Assembly: GCA_964016885.1 (NCBI GenBank)
Contig: OZ024755.1
Location: 5,208,001 to 5,272,000 of the forward strand
Length of the DNA: 64,000 nucleotides
Direction: 5' to 3'
Origin: Eledone cirrhosa
Lineage: Eukaryota
Below the pieces are notes generated by a model. It ran no database searches. It had not been told where the DNA came from and saw only the letters and a list, made by a program, of their open reading frames with translations. Positions 1-12,396 of this stretch are shown piece by piece (positions within the stretch are counted from its first letter, which is position 1; each line of letters starts with the position of its first letter). The position numbers and the translations under genes were made by a program.

Positions 1-224
1 TCGATTCCTGGACTGGGTTGCGTCTTGTGTTCTTGAGCAAAACACTTCATTTCAGGTTGCCCCAGTATACTCAGCCGAAAATGAGTACCAGTATTAACTG
101 GTGGTTTAACCCTGCGATGGACAGGTGTCCTGTCCAGGGAAGAGTCTTGTATTCTCAGTTGCTTAACACCACAGAAACCGAGATAAGCACCAGCTTGATG
201 AGGCTCCTGGCTCGAGACAGAGTT
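1..224 (+). mobile_element. tRNA-derived SINE (5' end cut by window edge) with CORE-like central block and conserved tail
   Basis: B-box remnant TCGATTCC, then TTGAGCAAAACACTTCATTTC, then tail AACCCTGCGATGGAC...TCCTGTCCAGGG...GAAACCGAGATAAGC; paralog at 1985-2205. Confidence 0.7.
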
Positions 225-659
225 TAGACTGTTTTTTTAATTATACATTTAACGTAGATTTTGTATTTATATTTTATATTTAGATGTATAACACTATATA
301 TCATAACGACGAGATCTACCCTACTTGGTAAGCGATTGAGGTCTGGGATCTTGTCGATGGAACCCTGTCTATGTTGCGTTGGAGCACTGCATTCATGCTT
401 TACACCTTTATTATGAACCACGCTGTGTTAGATTGTAAACATTTATGAGAATCGAAAATAGCGCGTGATTATTGGTGAGTAGTTCGCAGTGGGCAATGTC
501 AGTTGTGCTACAGATTTCTAGAAAAATATCACATGATCCACATGATAGGTGAAAATGTGTCCGAACATGGAAGAGCCGAACTCCCACTGTCATCAACTCC
601 ATCCCTCTCTCCCTCTCCATCTCTCTGTATTGTGAGCAAATGGGGTCCCACGTCTGGCC

Positions 660-762
660 GCCCCACAGCCCCAGCGGACAGAATGGTGAAGGCGTTTCCC
701 CGGAGGAAGGTAAGGGAGATGCGCTGGAAGAGCCGTTCCATCTCGCGAGGCTCACACTTGTG
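660..762 (-). mobile_element. C-terminal remnant of a CRE-like (RLE-type) non-LTR retrotransposon ORF
   Basis: Translates HKCEPREMERLFQRISLTFLRGNAFTIL, matching the DPRExxxLxQRISxxxxRGNA C-terminal motif; related fragment at 14313-14436. Confidence 0.65.
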
Positions 763-1984
763 CTATTGTTAATTAATCCTAACCAGCCAGGCCAGCTAGC
801 ACTATATGAAAACGAGCATCTACAGCTTATGTTTTATGCGTCCAAAGTATATAAACTATATCTTTTTCTTATCTCAATACCAGCAGATAGTTATCAAATG
901 GAAAGACCAATGGAAACAATACTTTTTTGGTCTTATCTGACGATCGATTCAATTTGTTTCTTAATATTTTTATTATATTAGGTTTTATTTATTTCTTGTT
1001 CCCCCTCCTCTGTTTCTATATTTTCCTCCGTCACTTTATATTTATTTGGAAAGAAACAAAAATTACAATTTGAGGAAAAAAAATGGTTGGTTCGTCTGAA
1101 TCAGCAAACAACAACAAAATACCTCCTTATATTGAATCAATTCTATTTTATATATTACGTTGTCTATTTTTAGTTTTCTATTTATCAGTATCAGTTTTCC
1201 TATTATTTTCCTCTCCCTGTCTCTCTTGTTCAGTTAACCTTATTTTTATTTTTTTATTTTTTATTTTCATTTTTTGTCATTTTTATTTTAGTTTGTTCCG
1301 TTTTTAGCTCGTCTGCCAGTAATGTCTGTCTGTCTTCCATCATTTTCTTCATCTTTTCTCGTCATTCTCTCCTTTCGTTTCAACATACACTCGCCCCTCA
1401 TCGCCTCATTCTCTCGGTTCATCTCATTTTACACACATACTCAGCCAGACTCCCCCAACCTCCCTTCGCTTCTCAAACATTCAACAGACACTAACATTAA
1501 CTGGGATTAAAACCAGTCAGCAAACGAATCGGAAACAATTGACTGAAGCAGTGGTTTACCACATATTTAAACGATATACACAACAAGCATAACTGATAGC
1601 CTTACTGTCGTATTTATTATAAACGAGATACACAACGTAATAAACACTGTCGTTTTATTATAACTATGGCTACAACGACAAGGATAGTATTACCATTTAA
1701 TAAATTATTTCTTCTAACACTGACAATTGACATAAGACCAGAGGTTTTGAACGAATGAACAATCGATTAAATCAGATTCAGTACTTGACTGGAACTTATT
1801 TTAGCAACTCCGGAAATATGAATGAAAAACAAATGAGTTTGGTTGTGACCTGATCAGAAAAAAACACTTGAACACTGCTGGCTTTCCTTCAGTCCTCGAT
1901 CAGGAAAGATTTAATGTTATTAGTTCAGCTTGTGAAGCAGGTTTGCAGCAGGGTTACGCAGAGGTCCTATCTGAACATATGTAA

Positions 1985-2317
1985 AGCTTAGTGGTAAGGG
2001 TGTTGGACTTAGATTCAGAAAGTCGTGGGTTCGATTCCTATTGTGTGTTATATTATTGAGCAAAACACTTCACTTCACGTTGCTCCAGTATAACTTCGTT
2101 GAAATGAGTACCAGTAACTGCTGGGGGTTTAACCCTGATGGACTGGTATCCTGTCCAGGGAGCAGTCTTAATCTCTTAATGCCAGGGAAACTGAGATAAG
2201 CCCCCAAAAAGCAATGTGATATGAAGTGTTTTGCCCAAGATTAGAATGCGTCGCCCGGTCTAAAGATTAAATTGGCGACCTTATGGTTGTGAGCCCAGCA
2301 CCCTAACCACTAGGTCA
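1985..2317. mobile_element. Two tail-to-tail tRNA/CORE-like SINE copies (+ 1985-2205; - 2213-2317)
   Basis: A-box-like GCTTAGTGGTAAGGG, B-box GGTTCGATTCC, GAGCAAAACACTTCACTTC; reverse-strand head ending CCCTAACCACTAGGTCAC. Confidence 0.65.
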
Positions 2318-3009
2318 CAACCACATGTTTAGGAAGAGCTACAAGTCTAATCTTCTACTGTTGCTAAATAAATTCTGTTAAAATACTTATGAAACATCTT
2401 TACAATATAGATTATTCAATGGTGGTATATTTCAGTCCCCGAGATTGACACCCATTATATGGCTTAGCTTGAGGTTAATAGACATATCTTATCACAGTAG
2501 GAAATATGTAAAAATTGTTTGGTATTAAAAGGCTTAGATTAAAAATCCTGCTCTAAAATATGGCTTGGGAGAGACTAATAGTTATGCAATGGGTTAAAAG
2601 AACAAAAATGAAATACTTTACAAAAGAGTGAAGAAAAAAGAAAACCCAACCAAAACATTTATATCTGAGAATCATATTTACTTTTGATATTGAGTTGAAA
2701 TTTGGAAAACAGCTGCTACATGGGAAAGTTTGCGATATATAGAGAAAAGAGGAAAGAAAAGTAAAAACATCCAACGAAAAATAAAATAAAAAGGTAAAAT
2801 ACAAAAAAAAAAAAAAAAACTTTTTTTTTTAGAATGACTTAACAAAGGCAGAAGAATAGATCTGTTATTGAGATGGAAGAACATATGTAAATTTACCATT
2901 TGTTAAGAAATATCAGTAAATCTGAGTAGAATATGTTATCTAGTGAAGTTGTCGCGGCGAAGACAATTCACCAAAAACTGGAGAAGTTTGATAAATATTG
3001 ATTTCAAAT

Positions 3010-3505
3010 ATATGGCAGAAAGCCAACAATATTTGAGGGAAAGGCAAAGATGATTAAACCAACTCCAGTATTTTAAAGGGACTTTATTTTATCGATCCCG
3101 GAAAGACGAAAGGCAAGACTGACTTCGATCGTATTTTAACTCAGAACGTAAAAGGCCATAACTAAATGCTACAAATATGGTAGATGAACTTATCCTTTAA
3201 TTTAACGGGCTAGCATTATTACATTATATGATGCTGAATCTCCCTGAGAATTACGTTAAGGTTACTCGTGTCTGTGGAATACTCAGCCACTTTACTCTAT
3301 AATGTAAGACGGACTGTGCACTCTATTTCAAAGAGGTCAGCCATGTCATATACTGTGCCACGCCCAATTTTGCTCTGAGAATTACGTTAAGAGTACACGT
3401 GCCTTTGGAATACTCAACCATTGACAGGTTAATTTCACAAGCTGGCTGTCTGTTCTCGTTAATCAAACAACTGGAAAAGTGATTGTCGAAACCGACGGAT
3501 GACCA
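3010..3505. mobile_element. Old SINE (minus, ~3010-3180) followed by two copies of a second SINE tail module (plus, ~3222-3300 and ~3350-3505)
   Basis: TTTTATCGATCCCGGAAAGACGAAAGGCAAG; GCTGAATCTCCCTGAGAATTACGTTAAGG...GTGTCTGTGGAATACTCAGCCAC module, parts of which recur at 6875-6945, 16290-16367 and 23040-23215. Confidence 0.65.
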
Positions 3506-4218
3506 TTTCCATTAATAATTATCTATTATTTATACTAAATTTACATTAAACCAACTTAACGATCTCGACTAGCTTTTAGCCATACGTAGACTAAAAGAAC
3601 GTGTCGGTCTGTTGGTTTCAATGACTCATTGGAAAAGAAATAAAATCAACATCGAGTTTAGTTGTGAAAAACCTGGTGTTGATAGACTGAGAAATCTTCT
3701 CAACTCAAGCTGACCGTCTGTTTGATGTTTGCATGATTTTGTTTTTCACTGCGTCAGTCTCTAACAAAGCAACTGAGTCATTCATTCTATGTGTCAGATG
3801 TGAAGGACACGCTTCTTGAAGCTCTCACCGGTAACACCAATAGTATCGTTAGATAGTAAGGGATACATACAGCAGGAAATGATTATCACACACATACACG
3901 TGTGTGTGTGTGTGATAATATATATGTATATATTCAAAATGCTCACAGAATACGTGAAAAAACATTAAAAAAATATTTAATCAATTATATTTAATGCAAC
4001 AGTTATAAAATTATTCATTCTGTTCGATTAAAGAAAAATAATCTTTATATACTTCTGTGCTTTATCACCTTTACTATTTAACTATAGCCTTTGTTTTGAA
4101 TGGAACTTTACCCACCTTTTCATTTCTCCAACACATACACCACACACACAAATGGGGCGTATAACCATATTGATACCCATCATTTTCCGTTCAGTGAGTT
4201 TATACGACCATTATTAGA

Positions 4219-4357
4219 GAGTTATGGCCCTTGCCATTCTGAGTTCAAATCCCGCCAAGGTTAACTTTGCCTTTCATCCTTACGGGGTCGTTAAAATAAA
4301 GTACCAGTAATGCACTGGGTAATTGCTGGCCTTGTGCCTAAAGTAGAAACAATTATT
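4219..4357 (+). mobile_element. Young tRNA-derived SINE, 5'-truncated
   Basis: GAGTTCAAATCCCGCC..GGTTAACTTTGCCTTTCATCCTTACGGGGTCG..AAAGTACCAGTAATGCACTGGGTAATTGCTGGCCTTGTGCC..AGTAGAAACAATTATT. Confidence 0.85.
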
Positions 4358-4531
4358 TAGTGAAAATGATACAGCGAAGCTTCTATTTTTATTTCGATTC
4401 ATAACTAAAAATATTTCAAACTAGAGACATCGGTCTCCAGTTTGAAAATCTAACGGAAACAATGACTATCCGATAAACCATATTTAAATGAAATATGTTC
4501 TCTGTTACCTCACAACTTTGCAATTCTTTCT

Positions 4532-4580
<49 letters not shown>

Positions 4581-4980
4581 AAAGTGCGTATTTCCGTACA
4601 CTTTCCGACAAGAAGCAAAGAAAGCTAACTAAAACATTGTCAATCCATTTATTCATTTATTCATGGCCCCTTAACTCCTAATGGAAGGTTAGGGACGCCT
4701 TTGCCATTTAAACATGCTGGAGCCCACCAGGGCCGGATTTAATGGGGGCAAAAGGATCAACTGCCTCGACCCCCTGCAGTGTGTGAATGTAGGTACAGCG
4801 ACGTCCGTAGCAATTTATTTGTGCCCTGATCTGGGTAAAAAATATTTCTAGAGTTTTAAGAAACCAATGATATATATACTTTCTTCTCATCCCATCTTCA
4901 TATCTGGGGGTCGGGGTCTTATATAATTCTCTACATACATTTGAGTTTTGTATATATAGTTTTACCTTTACTATATATAT

Positions 4981-5278
4981 GGAGCAATGTGAAATAAAGT
5001 GTCTTGCTCAAGGGTGATGTCTTGTTTCCTTGAGCAAGACACTTTATTTCACATTGCTCCAGTTTACTCAGCTGTAGAAATGAGATGATAGGGACTGGGG
5101 TCCCTATCATTCCACTGTAAAGTGGTCGTGGAGGTGCCACGGCAAAAAAGCACCCAGCACTCACTGTAAATGAGGTTGGTGTTAGGAAGGGCATCCAGCT
5201 GTAGAAATCAAGCCAGAATCAGTTCCCGTCCCACCCTTGCAAGCAGGGAAAAAGGGGACGTATGATGATGATGATGAT
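4981..5278 (+). mobile_element. SINE body with RTE-type 3' tail ending in (GAT)n; short inverted duplication at its 5' end
   Basis: GGAGCAATGTGAAATAAAGTGTCTTGCTCAAGG (4981-5013) is the reverse complement of 5028-5060; tail GGTGCCACG..GTTAGGAAGGGCATCCAGC..GGACGTATGATGATG. Confidence 0.65.
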
Positions 5279-5303
5279 AGGTTCTATTCGATAGTTTCGT
5301 TTC

Positions 5304-5354
<51 letters not shown>

Positions 5355-5388
5355 TTATATGTGTGTGTGTGTATGTGTTTATATATAT

Positions 5389-5446
<58 letters not shown>

Positions 5447-5831
5447 GTGATGGAATGTTGGTCTGATGTATCTATTTTCAGACTAAAATGGAAGTGGGTT
5501 AAGTAATCTTTTCAGATTCTTCGAAAATCGACCATATGGGGAACGTCTACAATGTCAGAGGTCAAGTTTGGTTGGTGGTTAATGTTGGTTATTGGAGATA
5601 GAGAGAAGGTGAGGTGGTGGGAGGGGGGCAAAGAAGGATAGATATACAGATAGAGGGGATAGAGATAATGTAGAAAGATTGGTAGAGTTGAAGGTTTAGA
5701 GAGTTAGAGATACAGGCAGTAAGGGAGATATAGAGAGAAAAAGTGATATATATATATATATATAAACGGTTGAGCAATACAGTGAGGCAGAGAGATAGTG
5801 ATAAAGATATAGATATCTATATATATACATA

Positions 5832-5882
<51 letters not shown>

Positions 5883-5934
5883 TGCAGAAGGAAGTAAATA
5901 AATAACGGATCTAGCAATAGCTATAAATATGTCA

Positions 5935-6649
5935 TGAATGTATGATATATGTGATATATATGTATGTTGAAGATGATGTATGTATCTATGTATGTATATA
6001 TATGTATGTATCTATGTATGTATATACGTATATATGTATCTATGTATGTTTATATGTATCTATGTATGTTTATATGTATATATCTATGTATGTATATACG
6101 TATATATGTATCTATGTATGTTTATATGTATATATCTATGTATGTATATACGTATATATGTATGTATCTATGTATGTATATACGTATATAGGGCAAAGGA
6201 GCTCTTAAGAGTCAATGGCCATCCAAAATCACCGGGAGAGATGACCCCTTAGCCTTTGTCAAGGCAGAATTCTAGGAGAAGGAAAACTCTGATATAACAC
6301 CTGCAACCCTGATGGTATCCAATGATGTTGACTTGTTCTTCTTTTTGGTAAATATCATCTTGGTTAAGAGAGTGGGACTGGCTTTGTGCAGTGCCTTTCC
6401 TCACTATAAAAGCTTCACAGCACAGGCATTGCTTTATATCTGGAGATCTCTCTGCACTTGTCATCACATGGTACCATGGGCCCAGCACTATGTGTCAATA
6501 ATTGTCACAAGTGTAGTGTTTGTACCAGAGTTTTCAAGTCGCTGGCTGGACTAAAGGGTCACACTTGTTTAGCGCATCAGTAGGAGTTCTCCTACATGGA
6601 TATAAAGTAGTGGCCGTACTCGAAAACGAGTTGGCAGCCACCATATACG

Positions 6650-6683
<34 letters not shown>

Positions 6684-6827
6684 TGTATGTATGTATGTAT
6701 GTATGTATATACGTATATATGTATGTATATATGTATGTTTGTATGTATGTATGTATATACGTATATATGTATGTATATATGTATGTTTATATGTATGTAT
6801 CTATGCATATATGTATCTATGTATATA
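5935..6827. repeat. Compound (TATG/TA)n microsatellite split by the 6191-6642 insertion
   Basis: Recurrent units such as TATGTATGTATATACGTATATATG on both sides of the insert. Confidence 0.9.
6191..6642 (+). mobile_element. Short non-autonomous RTE-derived element (5'UTR-like part fused to ORF end with C2H2 zinc finger)
   Basis: CTAGGAGAAGGAAAACTCTGA motif typical of RTE 5' regions; 6500-6583 encodes NCHKCSVCTRVFKSLAGLKGHTCLAHQ*; 13-bp flanking direct repeat ATATACGTATATA (6178-6190, 6643-6655). Confidence 0.6.
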
Positions 6828-7029
6828 ACACATTGAGGTAATGGTCAGGTAGTTGATCTCAAAATTATAGGGTCACAGTGTCAGGCTGAAACTTCCTGTG
6901 AACTACCATAAAGGTACACGTGTCTGTGGAATTCTGAACCAACACATTATTGCAGTTGGGTTACACCACACACGATAGCGAGTATGTTGCGTGTGTATGA
7001 CTGGTACCTTGATATTTATCACCCTTCTT

Positions 7030-7261
7030 ACTCTTGCTCGACGAGGCTGGGATCATCAGCGATCCCAGAAGCATCATCGTACGTAGAGCCAACCAGGTCC
7101 ACCAGCGCCCTCCATCGTTGGCGGTCCCTTGCCCAGTCTTCTGCACCCTCTAAGGTGATGTCGAACCCTCGGAGATCTTCTCTGATGGCATGCTACGTGG
7201 CCTCTTCCAGCCTGCAGGCGCTGCATCAAACGAGATTAAGTCCATGGAGGGATGATCTGGT
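7030..7261 (-). mobile_element. RTE-clade LINE 3' fragment (frameshifted)
   Basis: Translates PDHPSMDLISFDAAPAGWKRPR / AIREDLRGFDITLEGAEDWARDRQRWRALV, typical RTE C-terminus (KRPRG...AxDRxxWR). Confidence 0.75.
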
Positions 7262-7747
7262 GTAAAGAGGAGGACATGTCGGTATCCACTCTCACAAATA
7301 AAATAATTCTGACTTTATTTGGTTGGCTGACACATCAAGTTTCTAATACTTCTTGCTCTGATCACACTAAGAAAATTACCAAGCCTGCATTTTCCTCCCA
7401 GACAGTCTATACTTACCCACATCAAATCATATGACTGGTCATAATACGATATGACCCTTCCCACCGCTTTTGATATTGATCCTACAATGTTGCCACGCAA
7501 GCAAAGATGTCTAGCTATTGATCACAGGAAATTATTTATATATTTAATTTAAATGTCTGCGCCCTTAGGTGGTTGCCTAGTTGGCCTTAATGGCAGCGCC
7601 TCTCTCAGATCTACATCTTACGTGGTTGCCTAGTTGTGTGGGTTTTTTTCTCTCTCATTTTTTCCCTTCCCTCTTCTCACTCTTAATTTTTCAATTTTAT
7701 TTTTTTTTATTTCTAATCTAATTCTATCGTCTGTTGAAGGACACACG

Positions 7748-7797
<50 letters not shown>

Positions 7798-8104
7798 ATG
7801 TGTTTCTATATATTATGTGTTTATATGTAGTGTGTATGTGTATGTAGTGTGTATGTAGTGTGTATGTAGTGTGTATGTAGTGTGTATGTGTATGTAGTGT
7901 GTATGTAGTGTGTATGTGTATGTAGTGTGTATGTGTATGTATGCAAGCAAAATGTTTGTTTTGATCCTGCAAAATATTCCAGTTTACTTAAAACTAAAAT
8001 ATTCCATAATTGATTCCATATATTTTAAAAGCAGATGCTCTGCTCTTCCGTCTTAAAACTATGTTGGAGGTCTTTACATTCACCATCACATCTTCTGATA
8101 TATA

Positions 8105-8627
8105 TAATATAGATAGAGATAGGTATATAGATAAAGATGGGTATATATAGATAGATAGGTGTATAGAGATAGGTATATAGAGATAGGTGTATAGAGATAG
8201 GTGTATAGAGATAGGTGTATAGAGATAGGTGTATAGAGATAGGTGTATAGAGATAGGTGTATAGAGATAGGTGTATAGAGATAGGTGTATAGAGATAGGT
8301 GTATAGAGATAGGTGTATAGAGATAGGTGTATAGAGATAGGTGTATAGAGATAGGTATATAGAGATAGTTAGGTGTATAGATAGAGATAGGTATATAGAG
8401 ATAGTTAGGTGTATAGAGATAGGTGTATAGAGATAGGTGTATAGAGATAGGTGTATAGAGATAGTTAGGTGTATAGAGATAGGTGTATAGAGATAGGTAT
8501 ATAGAGATAGTTAGGTGTATAGATAGAGATAGGTGTATAGAGATAGTTAGGTGTATAGATAGAGATAGGTGTATAGATAGAGATAGGTGTATAGAGATAG
8601 GTGTATAGAGATAGGTGTATAGAGATA
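8105..8627. repeat. 14-bp GATA-derived minisatellite (GAGATAGGTGTATA)n
   Basis: Direct tandem units visible across ~520 bp. Confidence 0.95.
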
Positions 8628-8629
8628 AC

Positions 8630-8908
8630 TTTCTTTATTTGCCACAAGGGCATACAAAAATGGGACATTACAAGACGTGACGGCGGGGGTTTTACATAAA
8701 AATAACTTTAACATTAATAAATAACAATAAACTATATATAATAAAATAACAATTGAAATCCCCAATAGGGGGGGGGGGGGGGACGTTACTGCGGGGTTGT
8801 TTTACACCCCGTGGATAGAACAACCCTCAACACCAGGAACACGTTTTCTAGGTGTTCCTGTCTTGCCTCTGTTTATCTTCCTCAACCTACAGGTTTATAT
8901 ACAGAGAA
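8630..8908 (-). mobile_element. Tx1/L1-like LINE, 5'-truncated 3' end (copy 1)
   Basis: Homologous to 12397-12656 and 27545-27799; 17-bp flanking direct repeat GATAGGTGTATAGAGAT (8610-8626, 8909-8925). Confidence 0.75.
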
Positions 8909-9133
8909 GATAGGTGTATAGAGATTGATAGATTGACAGATATATAGATAAGATATCTATATGAGGTTTTATTACTAAACTACATATATCGTGGTTCTCG
9001 CCAGGGGCACGAGAGAGGGGGTGGGGTGATAGAAGAGGGAGAGGGTGATAGAGAGAAGGGGAGAGAGGGAAAGAGAACGTGTATAACATCGAAGGAAATA
9101 TAAGAAAGATGGTCAGCTTGATATAATTAAGAG

Positions 9134-9435
9134 GGTGCCCCAGCATGGCCAGGTCGATATAATTGACGAAATCCCTTCAATGCGGTGCCCCAGCATGGCC
9201 AGGTAGATATATTTGACCAAATCCATTCAATGCGGTGCCCCAGCATGGCCAGGTAGATATGATCGACGAAATCACTTCAAGGCAGTGCCCCAGCATGGCC
9301 AGGTCGGTATAATTGACCAAATCCACTCAATGCGGTGCCCCAGCATGGCCAGGTCGATATAATTGACCAAATCCCTTTATGACAGTGCTCCAGCATGACC
9401 GCAGTCTAACGATTGCAATCAGTAAAAAGACAAAG
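9134..9435 (+). repeat. 50-bp tandem repeat (~5.5 units) derived from a SINE 3' tail
   Basis: GTGC(C/T)CCAGCATG recurs at ~9135, 9185, 9235, 9285, 9335, 9385; last unit continues into GCAGTCTAACGATTGCAATCAGTAAAAAGA. Confidence 0.85.
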
Positions 9436-9830
9436 AATAGCAAATAAAATAAAGTATTTCCACGCTTCATTATTTTTCCATTTCCTCCAAACTCTTATCT
9501 TCTACATCAATGTGTTGTATTTTGTTCCCCCCCCCCCCTTAACCCCTATGCTAGAAGATTCTTCTCACCTAATAATTACTCGCTCCCAGCATTTACCATC
9601 AAGTCTTATCACAACAACACTCCCTCCCTCTGCAGTAGATATCATAATTTACAAAACATATTGGAGGATTATTAAAGCTATCATCCACCTCTGATTAGTA
9701 GATCTGTATTTATAAAAACACCTTCAAGTATTGTTTATGTTATTGTTAGAAAGTTCATACTTATGTAGGTTTAGCTGACTTCCTACCAGGCTGCATCTCA
9801 TCTCACAGGAAGATTTCTCGGGTCTTTTAA

Positions 9831-10250
9831 CCCTTTAGAATTTACATTACTCTATATATACTATTATATTTTTGCAGTAAAGGCTCTATCTTACATAATT
9901 CTCTCACATATTATTGAATCTATGCTGGATTGGCAGTATCGGTAGAGAGTCGGACGCCATGCTTTGACGCATAGAGTTACGGCCCTTGCCATTCTGAGTT
10001 CAAATCCCGCCGAGGTTAACTTTGCCTTTCATCCTTACGGGGTCGATAAAATAAAGTACCAGTAATGCACTGGGTAATTGCTGGCCTTGTGCCAAAAAGT
10101 AGAAACAATTATTGAATCTACGCGATTTTGGTATTATTCATTTTGAGAACAATACCTTAACATCAGTATAAGTGGCCAGTTGCAGCCGGTTTGAACAGAA
10201 AGTGGTGAGAGAATTCTGGACGGACATGGCCGGTTTAAAATGCTAAAGGG
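9831..10250. mobile_element. piggyBac-type MITE with nested SINE
   Basis: TTAA TSDs at 9827-9830 and 10251-10254; termini CCCTTTAGAATTTA ... TAAAATGCTAAAGGG. Confidence 0.7.
9926..10110 (+). mobile_element. Near full-length young tRNA-SINE with 16-bp TSD
   Basis: A-box-like TGGCAGTATCGG, B-box GAGTTCAAATCCC; TSD ATTATTGAATCTA(T/C)GC at 9910-9925 and 10108-10123. Confidence 0.9.
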
Positions 10251-10358
10251 TTAATGATAGAGGTAAGGCAGGGGTCCTAGACCTCCAAAACTGCTTTCTG
10301 CTCTGAATGTTGCAGGGGCTAACCTCCAGTTACTGCTGGCTGCCATTTTTATCAGCTG

Positions 10359-10665
10359 AAGGGCGAAGGATTGTCAGTATCGGTAGAGCATCGAACAACA
10401 GGCTTTGTGGCGTAAGTTACGGCCATTTATGTTCTGAGTTCAAATCCCACCGAGGTTAGCTTTGCCTTTCATCTTTACTGGGTCGATAAAATAAAGTACC
10501 AGTAATGTACTGGGATTGATTTAATCGACTTGCCCCTCTTCCAAAAGTGTTGGCCTTGTGCCTAAATCATAAACCATTTTTAGGCACAATTCCTTCCGAG
10601 GTCAATAAAATAAAGTACCAGTAATGCAGAGGGATCAATTTAACCGACCTTCCCTTCTCCCAAAA
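10359..10665 (+). mobile_element. tRNA-SINE (long variant) plus partial second copy
   Basis: Same head and central block with extra GATTTAATCGACTTGCCCCTC segment; partial repeat at 10590-10665. Confidence 0.8.
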
Positions 10666-10694
10666 GACAAATAGATAACACCACAATCATGTGA

Positions 10695-10827
10695 CGCTTT
10701 CTCGCCGACTGTTGTCGCCGGCTTGCGTGTTCGTTACTCGAGACACCGTTCGTCAACCGAGACGTTTTAGTTCATGAACCGATTTGTTCGTAAAATGAGA
10801 GGTGTTCGTGAACCGATGTTCCTCTGT
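10695..10827. mobile_element. Partial Tigger/pogo-type MITE
   Basis: Matches the 3' part of 11561-11905 (TTACTCGAGACACC..TTTGTTCGTAAAATGAGAGG..GTTCGTGAACCGA). Confidence 0.65.
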
Positions 10828-11560
10828 GGTGTATTTGGTTCCAATTTGTCACCATCTCATCTACCAGAAATGAAAAGATGTTTTCATTTGAAAGAAACTG
10901 GTGACCTTTTTTATTTTTTGTTTGTTTGTGTCGAAACGTGACTCATGAATCTCTCGGTTTGTTTGATTTTTGTCGCAGTCTTCTTGTTTCTCTTATGTTT
11001 CAACTCTCTCTCTCTCTCTCTCCTCCTTTCTCTCTCTGCTATCCCTTCCTCCCACCAATCTCTCTTTCTCTCTCTCCTACCAATCTCTCTCCCACCAATC
11101 TTTCTCTTTCTCTTACCAATCTCTTTTTATTTCTCTCCCCATCTCTCTCTTTCTCTCCTCATCTCTCCCTCCAGAAGCACGCTATTTGTCTCTTTCTCTC
11201 TCTTTCTCTTTCTCCCCATCTCCCTCACCCCCTCTTTCTCCCACAAATCGCTCCTTCTCCTCCCCCACCTCTCTCCCTCCCTCAAATGCCCCCCCCCCAT
11301 CTCTCCTATCCAAAATAGATTCTATGAAACTAGTTTCTCAAATATACATGAACTGTTGAACTTTCAAACTATTTCGTTTTCTCTCTGACCTGACCAGTTG
11401 CTTTCTTTCCTTTCTTTCTTGTTGTTGTTCAAAAGAAACTTAACCAAACACGTATCAATGAAAGTGTTTGATACCTATCGGTAGTTTCAACAAATTGCGC
11501 GACACTCGTCTCTGTCACGTAATTACTTCGCGAACTTCTGTTTAAAGAAACAAACACAAA

Positions 11561-11905
11561 CAGTGGAACCTTGACTCACAAACTTAATTCGTCCCCGAAG
11601 GCAAGGCCGTTCGTCACTCGAAATGTTCGTAAACCGAAACTATTTTCCCAAATGAAATGTAGTGAGAGACTGACTGTGCGTGAAAGACAGATAGATATCA
11701 CCATAATAACTAACTACACATCTAGTGATGCTTTCCCGCCGATACTACCAGCTTGTTGTCAACCTTTGTTACCGACTTGCAGTGTTTGTTACGTTACTCG
11801 AGACACCATTCGTCAACCAAAACATTTTATATTCGGAAAAATTGTTTGTGAACCGAACCGATTTGTTCGTAAAATGAGAGGCGTTCGTGAACCGAGGTTC
11901 CACTG
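11561..11905. mobile_element. Tigger/pogo-type MITE
   Basis: Terminal inverted repeats (TIRs) CAGTGGAACCTTGACTCACAAAC ... GTTCGTGAACCGAGGTTCCACTG, followed by TA on the right. Confidence 0.75.
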
Positions 11906-12396
11906 TATTTACATATACTTTACTTCACCACCCCTAACGAAACTTCTCTGGAGGTTTACATATGTATTTTATTTATATATATATATATTCTAAAACTTCC
12001 ATGTTTTCTCCAACACAGTTGTTTTTCTAACCAGTATTGTTTTAGTCTTGCTAGACGTATTTAATAACTAACCTTTCACCATCCATTTGACCCCCCCCCC
12101 CACACACACACACGCTCCCCACCCCCTCCCCACCCCACCCCCACCCCAGTTGCTTATTTGTATTTGTAAGGAACGTACATTGACAAATAGATTAGACACA
12201 TCAGAGTGACACACGATCATGCTCTTCTATACATCTGCAATACAATCCTTTCGTAGACAAACGAACAAAATAATACATCAGGGTGGTAAGCGATGTCCCT
12301 TGCCTAGATAGATAGATATCTTCAACACACACGGTCTTAGATACATCAGGGTGGTAAGCGATGTCTCTTGGCAATACCATTGCCTAGATAGATATA

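Noticed and set aside
3798-3830. Possible 33-nt micro-exon (DVKDTLLEALT) bounded by AG/GT
   Set aside because: Weak acceptor, no partner exons or recognisable homology; expected by chance.
4727-4828. hAT-like MITE ends (CAGGGCCGGATTTA...GCCCTG); similar hints at ~13790 and ~22840
   Set aside because: TIRs too short or degenerate and no 8-bp TSD could be confirmed.
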